Shown here piece after piece: positions 30,289-40,039 of a stretch of DNA of 64,000 bases. The stretch comes from Gemmatimonadota bacterium (GTDB lineage: Bacteria; Gemmatimonadota; Gemmatimonadetes; Palauibacterales; Palauibacteraceae). Under the pieces are notes generated by a model, which did no database searches, was not told where the DNA came from, and saw only the letters and a program-made list of their open reading frames with translations. The position numbers and the translations under genes were made by a program. Each line of letters opens with the position of its first letter. Position 1 is the stretch's first letter. The stretch lies in NCBI GenBank assembly GCA_039588275.1, contig JBDHAC010000003.1, positions 32,001-96,000 of the forward strand. Reading direction: 5' to 3'.

Positions 30289-31758
30289 GTGAGCGGAATG
30301 CGACCCGGCCTCCACACGGGCCTTCGAATGAAACAAGAGTTGAAGGTGAATCCTCGCCTGTATCAGGCGATGGACCTTCTCTATATGCCCCTCCTCGATC
30401 TTCAACAGCACCTCAAGCAAGAGCTCGTCAACAACCCGTTCCTCGACCTCGTCGAGCCGGGCGAGGACGAGTTGAAGGAAGAAGCCGAGGAAAAGGAAGA
30501 CCCCGAAGAGGAGGAAGTCGATTGGGAGGAGATCCTGCTCAACGGCTTCGATGCGGGGGGACGGCGCGCGGAGTACGAGGAGAAGGAGTACTTCCGACCC
30601 ACCCCGGCCGCGACGCGGGATCTGTGGGACCACCTGTTCGATCAGCTCACGTTGATGAAGCTGGTTCCGCGCGAGGTGCTGATCGGCGAGGAGATCATCG
30701 GCAACATCGACCGGGAAGGCTTTCTGACCTGTTCGCTGGGGCAGATCGTAGAGTCGGTGAACAACTATCTCGCGGACCCGGAAAACCCGCTCGTCCGTGA
30801 GGCGGAGGAGGCCGAAGAGGAGATCAATCTCGAGTCGGTCACCACGGAGGAAGTGGAGCGGATGCTCGGCATGATACAGGGCTTCGATCCCAGCGGGATC
30901 GCGGCTCGCGATCTGCGCGAGACGTTGCTCTTGCAGCTCCGAGACCGAGGCGAGGAGGACACGCTGGCGTTCCGGATCGTCCGCGATCACTTCGACGAGT
31001 TGGTGAATCATCGTTGGAGCGAGCTCTCGAAGGAGCACGGCATCTCGCCGCAGGAAGTCCAGAGCGCTGCGGATGAGATTTCGAAGTTGGACCCGAAGCC
31101 GGGGCTCAAGTACTCGGACCTGTCCGACGCCTACGTGATTCCCGATCTCGTCGTCGAGAAGATCGACGGCCAGTATTACGTCTTCCACAACGACACCTCG
31201 CTGCCTCGCCTCAAGCTCTCGCGCTCCTATCGCGAGGTCGCGCAGGACCGAGGCAAGTTCCAGGGCGAGAACAAGACCTTCATCTCGAAGAAGCTCAACA
31301 GCGCCCAGTGGATGATCCAGGCGATCGAGCAGCGCCGGCAGACCATGCTGAAAGTGATGAACTTCATCGTCGACCGGCAGCGGGACTTCTTCGAGAAGGG
31401 CGTCGAGCACCTGCGCCCGCTCACTCTCCGCGAGGTCGCCGAGCACATCGACATGCATGAGTCGACGGTGTCGCGGGTCACGAACGAGAAGTACGTGCAG
31501 ACACCTCGTGGCGTATTCCCACTCAAGTTCTTCTTCTCGAGCGGGCTGTCCACCGACTACGGGGAGGATGTGTCGGCCCGCGGCGTGCGGGCGCAGATCA
31601 AGAAGCTCGTGGGAGAGGAGGATTCCACGAGCCCGCTCACGGACCAGGCCATCGTCGACATCCTGAAACGAGACGGCGTACAGATCGCGCGCCGAACGGT
31701 GGCAAAATACCGCGACCAGCTCGGGATCCTCTCCGCTCGCATGCGCAAGCGCGTATGA
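30289..31758 (+). CDS. rpoN: RNA polymerase sigma-54 factor
   Basis: ELVNNPFL, DPSGIAARDLRE.L, DPKPG, HESTVSR...KY, RpoN box ARRTVAKYR; start GTG 30289 or ATG 30298. Confidence 0.98.
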   Translation: MSGMRPGLHTGLRMKQELKVNPRLYQAMDLLYMPLLDLQQHLKQELVNNPFLDLVEPGEDELKEEAEEKEDPEEEEVDWEEILLNGFDAGGRRAEYEEKEYFRPTPAATRDLWDHLFDQLTLMKLVPREVLIGEEIIGNIDREGFLTCSLGQIVESVNNYLADPENPLVREAEEAEEEINLESVTTEEVERMLGMIQGFDPSGIAARDLRETLLLQLRDRGEEDTLAFRIVRDHFDELVNHRWSELSKEHGISPQEVQSAADEISKLDPKPGLKYSDLSDAYVIPDLVVEKIDGQYYVFHNDTSLPRLKLSRSYREVAQDRGKFQGENKTFISKKLNSAQWMIQAIEQRRQTMLKVMNFIVDRQRDFFEKGVEHLRPLTLREVAEHIDMHESTVSRVTNEKYVQTPRGVFPLKFFFSSGLSTDYGEDVSARGVRAQIKKLVGEEDSTSPLTDQAIVDILKRDGVQIARRTVAKYRDQLGILSARMRKRV

Positions 31759-32840
31759 CCGAAGCGGCCGCGGACGAACGATCCGTACCAGCGGCTCCCC
31801 CTTCCCACCCGGTCTCGGCTCCAGATGTCTCGCGCTCCGAGACCCCGCCTGCGAAGGCACCGCAGGTGACCGCGGCCTCCTCGCCGGCCCCCAGGGTCTC
31901 GATCGTGATCCCGGCGTTCAACGAAGCCGAGAACATGCCCGAGCTCTTCGACGAGCTCGCCGGAACCATCCGTGAGCACGACCTTCACGCCGAGATCATC
32001 CTCGTGGACGATGGTTCGACCGACGGCACGCTGACCGCGGCTCGCCAGGCGACCGAGGCAGCAGACTTGCGGGACGTCACGCTGCTCCAGCACCGGCGCA
32101 ACCGAGGCAAGACGGAGGCGCTGATCACGGCCGCACGCGAGGCACGGGGCGAGTATCTGGTGCTGTTCGACGCCGACCTGCAGCATTCGCCGCAGGAGAT
32201 CCCACGCTTCGTCGAGCGCCTGGACTCGGGCGTGGATGTCGTCGCCGGTCGTAAGGTAGGACCGTACGAAAAGCGACTCGTATCGGGCCTCTACAATTGG
32301 CTCGCGCGGAAGATCTTCCGAGTCCCGGCTCGAGACCTGAACGCCATGAAGGCGTTTCGCGCCGAGGTCCTGGATCGCATCCACCTACGCCATGATTGGC
32401 ACCGGTATCTCGTGATCCTGGCGCATGCCGAAGGATACGAGATCGGGGAGATGGACATCCGGCTATACCCGCGCCGACACGGGGAGCCCAAGTACTCCGG
32501 CCGTCGGCGAATCCTCGTGGGAATCCTGGACCTGCTGGCCGTGTGGTTCCAGCTCGTGTTCAGTCGCAAGCCCATGCTGTTCTTCGGCGTGACCGGACTG
32601 GGGCTGTTGGTGGCGGGCGGGATCACGGGCGCGGTAGCGCTTGTCCTCCGCTTTGCCTTCCAGCTCGGCTTTCGACCCCTGCTCACGCTGGTCCTGCTGC
32701 TCGTGATGTCCGGGCTAGTTCTTTTCGTGCTGGGCTTCCTGGCGGAGTTGATCGCGGGGCTGCGGGGGGAGATCGAGGAGCTAAGACGAGAGCGTCGTGA
32801 GGGGCGCTGGCGGGTGGGGACCGGCGACCGCCAGGACTGA
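31755..32840 (+). CDS. GT2 polyprenol-phosphate glycosyltransferase (ArnC/GtrB/CsbB-like)
   Basis: SIVIPAFNE, VDDGSTDGT, FDADLQH, R..GEPKY, two C-terminal TM helices. Confidence 0.88.
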   Translation: MTEAAADERSVPAAPPSHPVSAPDVSRSETPPAKAPQVTAASSPAPRVSIVIPAFNEAENMPELFDELAGTIREHDLHAEIILVDDGSTDGTLTAARQATEAADLRDVTLLQHRRNRGKTEALITAAREARGEYLVLFDADLQHSPQEIPRFVERLDSGVDVVAGRKVGPYEKRLVSGLYNWLARKIFRVPARDLNAMKAFRAEVLDRIHLRHDWHRYLVILAHAEGYEIGEMDIRLYPRRHGEPKYSGRRRILVGILDLLAVWFQLVFSRKPMLFFGVTGLGLLVAGGITGAVALVLRFAFQLGFRPLLTLVLLLVMSGLVLFVLGFLAELIAGLRGEIEELRRERREGRWRVGTGDRQD

Positions 32841-34382
32841 GTGAGCGACGATCCGAAGGCGGACCCGGGGAGTTCCCGCCGCTCGCGCTTCGGGTGGACG
32901 GCGGCGGGTCTCGCCACCCTGCACGCGGTGGTCGGGTTGCTCCTCTTCGAGCCCACGCTCTTTCCGGGCGGCGACAACGCAGGCTATCTGATCCTCGGCG
33001 ATTCACTGAGAACGGGTAGCGGATACCGAGACCTCTACCTGCCAGGGTCCCCGCTCCACGCCAGGTATCCCCCGCTGCTGCCGTCGCTTCTAGCGCTCCT
33101 CGGCACGCTCGGCGGCACCCATCTCGCCAAGATCGCCATGCTAGCCTGCACGTCGCTCGCGGTCTGGGTCACGGCGATCCTGGGCCGCCGACTCGTTGGA
33201 GATGGCCCCGCTCTATTCGCAGCGGCGCTACTGGCCATCAACCCGACGTTGCTCGAGTACGGGCACTACATCCTGTCCGAGGCCCCCTTCGTGTTGCTGG
33301 TCGTACTGGCGTTGTGGGCGTCGCAGCGCGACGACCGTCAGGGGGCGGTACTGGCCACCGTCGCTGCGGTCGGTGCGTTCGCCACGCGTACGGCGGGACT
33401 TACCGTGCTACTGGCGCTCCCGCTGAGCTGGGTGGCCCGAAAGTCCTGGCGTCGCGCCGCCTGGGGAGGCATCGTGGCGATCTCCACGCTCGCGATCTGG
33501 GGACTCTACCAGCGCTGGGCCGCGCCGGAGCAGCCGGGCTACTTACAGGAACTCGTGCTCATCGACCCCTACACCCCCGAGGCGGGCTCGGTGGGCCTTA
33601 CCGGACTTGCCTTGCGCGCGGCGGAGAACCTCTGGGCGTACGCGAGCCGCGTCATCCCGCAGACTGCGATCGGCACGGAAGGAGCGGCCACACCTCTGGT
33701 CGCGATCTTCGGGCTCACGCTGGCGGGGCTCGCGCTCGCTGGCTGGGCGATGCGCACCCGCAAGCCGCTGGACCCCCCGGAGATCTTCGTACTGCTCTAT
33801 GTGGGGCTGATCGCGATCTGGCCTCAGGTCTGGACCGATCGGCGTTTCCTGCTCCCGCTCCTTCCGATGCTCACGCTGTTGGCCCTCGGCTTCGTCGCCA
33901 GCCGGGGCGACCGCGCGCGGCGCTGGGCGCCGGCCTTACTGGCGTGCGCAATCGCGCTCCCCTGTCTCGTGTGGGTTGTCAAACGGGTGCCCGCGCGCGT
34001 TGAATGCGTCGCGATGTATCGTGCGGGCCAACCGTGCGATATTCCGGCGTTCGCCAGCCTATACGAAGCCGCCCGCTGGGCCCGTGACAGCACGCCCCCC
34101 GATGCAATCATCGCCAACCGGAAGCCGCGGCTGTTTTACTGGTACTCCCGCCGGCAGGGTGACCTGTACCCGTTCTCGACCGACGAAGATATCGTGCTCG
34201 GCGGGCTCGAGCGCATGGGTGCGGACTTCGTTGTCGTCGACCAGGTGAGTGGCACCACGGGACGTTATCTGGTCCCGGCCATCCAGGCCCGGCAGCACCG
34301 TTTCGAGCCTGTATACCAGGGAGGGTCCCCACCGACCTTCGTGTTTCGGATGCTGCCGTCGTCTCCCGTGGCCGTAAAATGA
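32841..34382 (+). CDS. GT-C fold membrane glycosyltransferase (ArnT/PMT-like)
   Basis: Polytopic membrane protein, first-loop GDNAGY, YPPLLP, SEAPF, DRRFLLPLLP, C-terminal soluble domain. Confidence 0.75.
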   Translation: MSDDPKADPGSSRRSRFGWTAAGLATLHAVVGLLLFEPTLFPGGDNAGYLILGDSLRTGSGYRDLYLPGSPLHARYPPLLPSLLALLGTLGGTHLAKIAMLACTSLAVWVTAILGRRLVGDGPALFAAALLAINPTLLEYGHYILSEAPFVLLVVLALWASQRDDRQGAVLATVAAVGAFATRTAGLTVLLALPLSWVARKSWRRAAWGGIVAISTLAIWGLYQRWAAPEQPGYLQELVLIDPYTPEAGSVGLTGLALRAAENLWAYASRVIPQTAIGTEGAATPLVAIFGLTLAGLALAGWAMRTRKPLDPPEIFVLLYVGLIAIWPQVWTDRRFLLPLLPMLTLLALGFVASRGDRARRWAPALLACAIALPCLVWVVKRVPARVECVAMYRAGQPCDIPAFASLYEAARWARDSTPPDAIIANRKPRLFYWYSRRQGDLYPFSTDEDIVLGGLERMGADFVVVDQVSGTTGRYLVPAIQARQHRFEPVYQGGSPPTFVFRMLPSSPVAVK

Positions 34383-35626
34383 GAGCTCTCCACATCGTGA
34401 CAGCGTTTCCTCGCCACGAGGATGACGTGATCACGCCCTGGCTCGGGAACGTATTGCTCGGTCTTCGAGACGCGGGAGTGGACGCAGAGGTGCTCGCGCC
34501 GGCGTACCGGGGGGGCGGAGCGCGCGAATGGCGTGGGATTACCGTTCGACGGTTTCGATACGCTCCCGCCGCCCTCGAGACGCTGACCCACGACGAAACT
34601 ACCCCGGACCGACTGAAGCACCGTCCGTGGTACGTCGGCCTTCTGCCTGGTTACGTTGTGGGAGGAGCCATGGCGGCCTACCGCGCGGGCCAGACGGTAC
34701 CGGACGTCATCCACGTCCATTGGCCGGTCCCGCACGGACTGTTCGGAGCGATCGGTCAAGTGGCGTCGGGCGGCCGATCGGCGCTCGTCGCAAGCTACTA
34801 CTCGGTGGAGCTCAAGTGGATCGAGCGACGGCTCCCTAGCCTCGTCCCCTTCTTGCGTTGGACGATCGACTGTGCCGACGAAGTGACCGCGATCTCGACA
34901 GCGACGGCCCGGGAAGTCCGTCGGCACGTGGAGCGTCCGGTCCGGGTCATCCCGTTCGCGACCGGACTCTCGGGGGAGGTCGTCGATATCGGGCGGGGAG
35001 CGCGCCCTGCGGAGCAAGCGCCCGAGATCCTGTTTGTGGGTCGACTGGTGGAGCGAAAAGGCGTCGAGGTGCTGGTTCGCGCGCTGGCCCGTTTGCGCGA
35101 GCGGCGGGACGTGCGGGTTACGATCGTCGGAGAGGGGACCTGGGAGCCGCGGATTCGCGCGGCTGTAAGCGCCGCCGGGGTGGAGGACGCCGTGACCTTC
35201 ACCGGGCGCGTCGATGAGTCGGCACTCGTCGAGGCCTATGGACGCGCGAGTGTGTTCGCGCTTCCCGCCGTGGAGGACGTGAAGGGAGACACCGAAGGAC
35301 TCGGCGTCGTTCTGCTCGAGGCAATACGGCTTGGGGTGCCGGTCGTCGCTTCCTCTGCGGGCGGCATACCCGATATCGTGGTCGACGGCGAAACGGGGTG
35401 GCTCGTACCGCCGCGTGATGACCGAGCGCTCGCCCGCGCGTTGCAGGAGGTTATCGATGATCCGGAGGAGGCGCGTCGACGTGTGGCGCGCGGCCGCGAA
35501 CGGGTGGAACGGCGGTTTTCGCCCGAGGGGGTCGTGGCCTCGCTCGTCGAGTGCTACGAAGCCGCCATCACTCGGCGCCGAGGGTTCCAGACCGGTGGCG
35601 ATCAAAGTGCGCCGACGGCGTCCTAA
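34379..35626 (+). CDS. GT4 family glycosyltransferase
   Basis: ILFVGRLVERKG, EGLGVVLLEA, GGIPDIVVDGETG. Confidence 0.9.
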   Translation: MRALHIVTAFPRHEDDVITPWLGNVLLGLRDAGVDAEVLAPAYRGGGAREWRGITVRRFRYAPAALETLTHDETTPDRLKHRPWYVGLLPGYVVGGAMAAYRAGQTVPDVIHVHWPVPHGLFGAIGQVASGGRSALVASYYSVELKWIERRLPSLVPFLRWTIDCADEVTAISTATAREVRRHVERPVRVIPFATGLSGEVVDIGRGARPAEQAPEILFVGRLVERKGVEVLVRALARLRERRDVRVTIVGEGTWEPRIRAAVSAAGVEDAVTFTGRVDESALVEAYGRASVFALPAVEDVKGDTEGLGVVLLEAIRLGVPVVASSAGGIPDIVVDGETGWLVPPRDDRALARALQEVIDDPEEARRRVARGRERVERRFSPEGVVASLVECYEAAITRRRGFQTGGDQSAPTAS

Positions 35627-35645
35627 CCCGGGGAGTCATTGATCC

Positions 35646-36554
35646 ATGGTCAAGCTCGCGGTCGTCCGATGGTACCTCAACGCGCTGTACCTGCGTGCGC
35701 TCCGGCTGCGAGACCGCTGGCTGCGTCCCCGCGCCTTGAACGCCATCGACGCCAACCTGGCGAGCTCGCTGTTCACGGAGTACGAGTCGATCGCGGAGGA
35801 GCTCTCGCACGTGGAGCGGCTGCAAAACCGCGAGTTCAAGGTCTTCTCGCAGAATGGGGAAGATGGCCTGCTTGCCTACATCTTCTCCGAGATCGGCACG
35901 ACGAATCGGCGGTTCGTAGAATTCGGAGTCGAGGACGGACGGGAGTGCAATTGCGCCAATCTCGCGATCCACTTCGGCTGGAGCGGCCTGATGCTCGAGG
36001 CCAACCCGGCCGATGTGCACCGGGCCCGGGTCTTCTACGGCAGGCTGCGAGGGGAGGATGGCCCGAGGGTGGCCGTGGAGGAGTGCCTCGTGACGATCGA
36101 GAACATCAACGAAGCGATCGCGGCGGGCCGGGTGACGGGTGAGATAGACCTGCTCTCCATCGACATCGACGGGAACGACTACTGGATCTGGGAGGCGATC
36201 GATGTCGTCAGCGCGAGAGTGGTGGTCATCGAATACAACGCGTCCTTCGGCAGACGCTCCATCAGCATCGCGTACGATCCGGGGTTCGTTCGCTTCAAGG
36301 CGCACCGCAGCGGCTGGTACCACGGCGCGTCGCTCGCAGCCTTGACGAAGCTCAGCGACCGTAAGGGATACGACCTGATCGGCACGGACAGCTTTGGCGT
36401 GAATGCTTTCTTCGTTCGGCGGGATGTGCCGAAGGGGAGACTGGAGGCATTGGAGGCGGACGAGGCGTACCGACCGCAGCGCAAGCGTATGAAGGTCGCG
36501 ACGCTGGAGCAGCAGTTCGCGGCGATCGAGCACTTGGCCTACGTTGACGTCTAG
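35646..36554 (+). CDS. Putative FkbM-like SAM-dependent methyltransferase
   Basis: FSQNGEDG, FVEFGVEDG, LLSIDIDGNDYW, VIEYN, GASL.AL..L...KGY, NAFFVR. Confidence 0.65.
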   Translation: MVKLAVVRWYLNALYLRALRLRDRWLRPRALNAIDANLASSLFTEYESIAEELSHVERLQNREFKVFSQNGEDGLLAYIFSEIGTTNRRFVEFGVEDGRECNCANLAIHFGWSGLMLEANPADVHRARVFYGRLRGEDGPRVAVEECLVTIENINEAIAAGRVTGEIDLLSIDIDGNDYWIWEAIDVVSARVVVIEYNASFGRRSISIAYDPGFVRFKAHRSGWYHGASLAALTKLSDRKGYDLIGTDSFGVNAFFVRRDVPKGRLEALEADEAYRPQRKRMKVATLEQQFAAIEHLAYVDV

Positions 36555-36575
36555 GCGACACGATCGCCGTGTCCG

Positions 36576-38999
36576 GTGACAGATGAAGGAGACGTCGATC
36601 GAAATGCTCACGTGGGTGAGTCGGGGGAGGTGAAGGGGGGGGCACGCGGGCACGGGAAGGCCATCCTGTGGGTGTTCCTGGGTGGCGCCGCCCTGGCGAG
36701 CGTGTGGTTCTACCGCGAGTTCGTCTTCTTCGCGGAGCGGCTCATCTATGGCTCGGACATGCTGTTCGAGGGGATTTCCCTTCGGCGGTTCTACGTAGAT
36801 GAGATCCGAGCCGGTCGCGGTGTTCCGCTGTGGATCCCGCACGTATACGGCGGAATGCCCTTCGTCGCGCTGCTTCCCGGACCGATCTTCTACCCGACGA
36901 CTCTCCTGTACCTCCTCATGCCGCTCCATCGAGCCATTGGCTGGACCTTCGTCCTGCACACGTTCCTGAGCGGCGCCTTCGCGTATTTCATGGCCCGATC
37001 CTTCCGCCTGCGGCCGAGCTCGGCGGTAGTCTGCGGCGTCTCGTTCATGTTCACCGGGTACGTCACGTCACACCTGTTCGGAGGGCATGACGGACGGATG
37101 TTCGCCATGACCCTGATCCCCCTGGCCATCGGCTCGCTCCAGCGAGGACTCGATACCGGCGAAGCGCACTGGTTCGGAGCGCTCGCCCTCGTCGTGGCAA
37201 TGCAGATCTTCACGCCGCACATGCAAGTGATGTATTTTTCATGTCTTGCACTGTCCCTATTCCTCCTGTTCCATCTCCTGGTCCGGGTACCTCGCGCTCC
37301 GGAGGGGGGGCGGAGGGGGGCGTACGCGCGACCGCTGGCCGGCTTCGCACTCGCATTGCTGGCGGCGATCGCGATCGGTGGGTTACAGCTGTTTCCGACG
37401 CTGGCACTCCTTGACGACGCGACGCGCGCCGCGACCGAGCGGGGGTACGAGTTCGCCGCCTCTTACGCGTTGCCTCCCCAGGAGCTTACGGCACTCTTTC
37501 TCCCGGACCTGGTCAGCTCGCTGCCGGGGCGGTACTGGGGCCAGAACCCACTCAAGCTCCACACGGAGTATCTGGGTGCGGTGCCGTTGGCGCTGGCGCT
37601 CTTCGCCATTGCGTCAGCATTTCGCCCCGGACTGAGCCGCGAGCACCGCCGCGTCATTGGCTTCCTGGTGGTGGCGAGTCTCCTGGGGGTCCTCTTCGCA
37701 CTCGGGGCGGCGACGCCCGTCCACCGACTCGCGTACGTCGTATTGCCTATGATCCGGAGCCTGCGGGCGCCGGCGATGATGCTCGGGCCGGTCTCGGTCT
37801 TCATCGCGCTATTGGCGGGCTTCGGGTGGGAGGCCGCGGCGGCGCGGCGGGAGACTCCAGGGGATGAGGGCCCGTCGGTGTCGTGGGTCGCCCTCGCCCT
37901 CCTCGCGGGTCCCGTCTTGCTGCTCGGCGTTGTGGCGGCCGTCAATCCGCGCGGACTGCTTCGCTTCGTCCTCCTCGAGTGGTATCCGACCGGGTGGCCG
38001 CGCGAACCTGACCCGGCGCTCGTGCCGGCCCTGCGCGCCAACGGAATGCTGCTCCTGGGAGGGTTTGGCCTTGCCTGGGGAGTCGCCCTCGCGGTGTCCC
38101 GTCGTAAGGTCAGCGAGCTGGCGCTCGTGCTCGTCGTCCTGTTTGCCGTCGCGGACCTGTGGCGGGTCGATTCACGGTACCTGGAGGTGCGCGACGCCGG
38201 GGAGCTCGAAGCCGATTCCGTTCTCACGGCGCTCACGAGTGAGACCAGCCCCGGGGAACGAGTGTGGGCGCCCGCCCTCGCCGGCTCAGTGCCCAACTAT
38301 CGACCGAACCGCCTCATCTACCACGGCGTCTCGTCGGCGACGGGTCGTCAGAAGTTCCTTCTTCGCCCTTTCGCGAGGCTCGTGGGAGGCATCCAGCCGG
38401 ACGAGGGACTGCTCCGGTATCCTGCGCTTCTCGGACTACTCGACGTTCGGTACCTGATCACGCCGGGGGTCCAGAATGGCCTCGACCTCGTCGCGGAGGC
38501 GGGCGGCCGCTACCTGTATCGCCTTCCGGACCCACCCCACGCCTTCTTTCCGGTGGACATCGCCGTGGTCGACGATACGGCGGAGGCCCTCGCGCGCACC
38601 CGCTCGAACCCGGACCCCATGACCCTCACAGTCGTAGAGGCCAGCTCGGGTAGGGAGCCGCCGGCGCCGGGGCGTGGACGCGCGTCGATCGTGGGTTACG
38701 AGCCCGATAGGATCGAACTCGGTGCGGAGGTCGAGCTCCCCGGACTGCTGGCGGTGAGCGAGATCTTCCACCCGGGCTGGCGCGCGTACGTGGACGACGA
38801 GGAGGTCCCGGTATGGCGGGTCAACGTGGCGTTTCGGGGCGTCGAGGTGCCCGCCGGGACGCATCGAATCACCTTCGAGTACGATAGCCGTTCCTACCGC
38901 CTGGGGTTCTGGTTGAGCATGCTGACGATGATCGGGGTCGGTGTCGTGATGTGGCTTTCGTGGCGCAGGTCTCGCCTCGCGTCGAAGAGCGCGATTTGA
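36576..38999 (+). CDS. YfhO family GT-C membrane protein
   Basis: PLWIPHVYGGMPF, FYPTTLL, many TM segments, C-terminal SEIFHPGWRAYVD..E...RVN.AFRGVEVPAGTHRI. Confidence 0.85.
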   Translation: MTDEGDVDRNAHVGESGEVKGGARGHGKAILWVFLGGAALASVWFYREFVFFAERLIYGSDMLFEGISLRRFYVDEIRAGRGVPLWIPHVYGGMPFVALLPGPIFYPTTLLYLLMPLHRAIGWTFVLHTFLSGAFAYFMARSFRLRPSSAVVCGVSFMFTGYVTSHLFGGHDGRMFAMTLIPLAIGSLQRGLDTGEAHWFGALALVVAMQIFTPHMQVMYFSCLALSLFLLFHLLVRVPRAPEGGRRGAYARPLAGFALALLAAIAIGGLQLFPTLALLDDATRAATERGYEFAASYALPPQELTALFLPDLVSSLPGRYWGQNPLKLHTEYLGAVPLALALFAIASAFRPGLSREHRRVIGFLVVASLLGVLFALGAATPVHRLAYVVLPMIRSLRAPAMMLGPVSVFIALLAGFGWEAAAARRETPGDEGPSVSWVALALLAGPVLLLGVVAAVNPRGLLRFVLLEWYPTGWPREPDPALVPALRANGMLLLGGFGLAWGVALAVSRRKVSELALVLVVLFAVADLWRVDSRYLEVRDAGELEADSVLTALTSETSPGERVWAPALAGSVPNYRPNRLIYHGVSSATGRQKFLLRPFARLVGGIQPDEGLLRYPALLGLLDVRYLITPGVQNGLDLVAEAGGRYLYRLPDPPHAFFPVDIAVVDDTAEALARTRSNPDPMTLTVVEASSGREPPAPGRGRASIVGYEPDRIELGAEVELPGLLAVSEIFHPGWRAYVDDEEVPVWRVNVAFRGVEVPAGTHRITFEYDSRSYRLGFWLSMLTMIGVGVVMWLSWRRSRLASKSAI

Positions 39000-39036
39000 T
39001 CGGACCAGCGAGGGGGTTTCCACCCATGAAGCGCCG

Positions 39037-40029
39037 GTGACCGAGCTCGGGCACAGCGAGAGGGAGACCGCGGGGTCCCGGCTCCGTGACCGGAGGCGGG
39101 TACGGTTGGCTACGGGGCTCTTCCTCCTGCTCGCGCTGGTCGCCGTAGCGGTTGCCATACGAGGCGAATGGGCCGCGTGGACCACACTCGAGGACGACAC
39201 GCGCACCTATGGGTGGAGAGTGTCCGTTCCATTCCTCGCGGTGGCACTCGGGTGCGGAGTCTCGGCCCTGTTGGCGTCAGGCGCGCTGTGGGCCGCCCTG
39301 TTTCGGTCGGCCGGAGGACGTACCGGATGGCGTGAGGCGATCGCGGCCTGGTTGGGCTCCAACCTCGGAAGGTACCTGCCGGGCAAGTTCTGGCAGCTCG
39401 CCAGTCTCGCGGCGTACGTGCGAGCTCGTGGCGACTCCGGAGCCCGTGCGCTCACGGTGTCCTTGGCCCTTCAGGCCGTGGTCCTCGCAGCGGGCGCAGC
39501 CGTCGCGGTGATCTTTCTTGGCGGCCAAGCGTTTGGCGCCGCGAGCCCCTGGACGATCGCCATCGCGGTCGCGGCCATCGCCTTGGCGCTCAACCCGGCG
39601 GTACTTCGGCGGTCTATCGTCTGGGCAGGGTACCTCCTTCGCGAGGAGCCGACCCCCGAGGTGTCGGGACTCGGCTATGGCGTGCTGCTCCGCGCGGCAG
39701 CATGTGCCTTTGTGCTGTGGGGCTTGTATGGAGTGGGCTTCTGGGCCCTATGCAAGGGTCTGGTCGGAGGGAGCCCGGTGTCCGTCTCGATCGCAGCGGC
39801 CGTGTTCGCAGCCGGATACATCGTCGGTTACGTCGTACTCCTCGCGCCCGGGGGCATCGTGGTTCGCGAAGGTGCGATCGCCGGCCTCCTCGGTGCGGTG
39901 GCCGGTGTCCCGCTGGGACCAGCGACGGCGATCGCGCTCGCGGCGCGGCTGTGGACCACCGTGGCCGAGCTTCTCGCGTTCGCGCTCGCCGCTGGTGCCG
40001 GGCTGCGGCGACACTCCGGATCGCGCTAG
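39037..40029 (+). CDS. UPF0104 / LPG-synthase TM-domain (flippase-like) protein
   Basis: SNLGRYLPGKFW, APGGIVVREG, ARLW..VAE motifs; multiple TM segments. Confidence 0.8.
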   Translation: MTELGHSERETAGSRLRDRRRVRLATGLFLLLALVAVAVAIRGEWAAWTTLEDDTRTYGWRVSVPFLAVALGCGVSALLASGALWAALFRSAGGRTGWREAIAAWLGSNLGRYLPGKFWQLASLAAYVRARGDSGARALTVSLALQAVVLAAGAAVAVIFLGGQAFGAASPWTIAIAVAAIALALNPAVLRRSIVWAGYLLREEPTPEVSGLGYGVLLRAAACAFVLWGLYGVGFWALCKGLVGGSPVSVSIAAAVFAAGYIVGYVVLLAPGGIVVREGAIAGLLGAVAGVPLGPATAIALAARLWTTVAELLAFALAAGAGLRRHSGSR

Positions 40030-40039
40030 CTTCCGGTCC

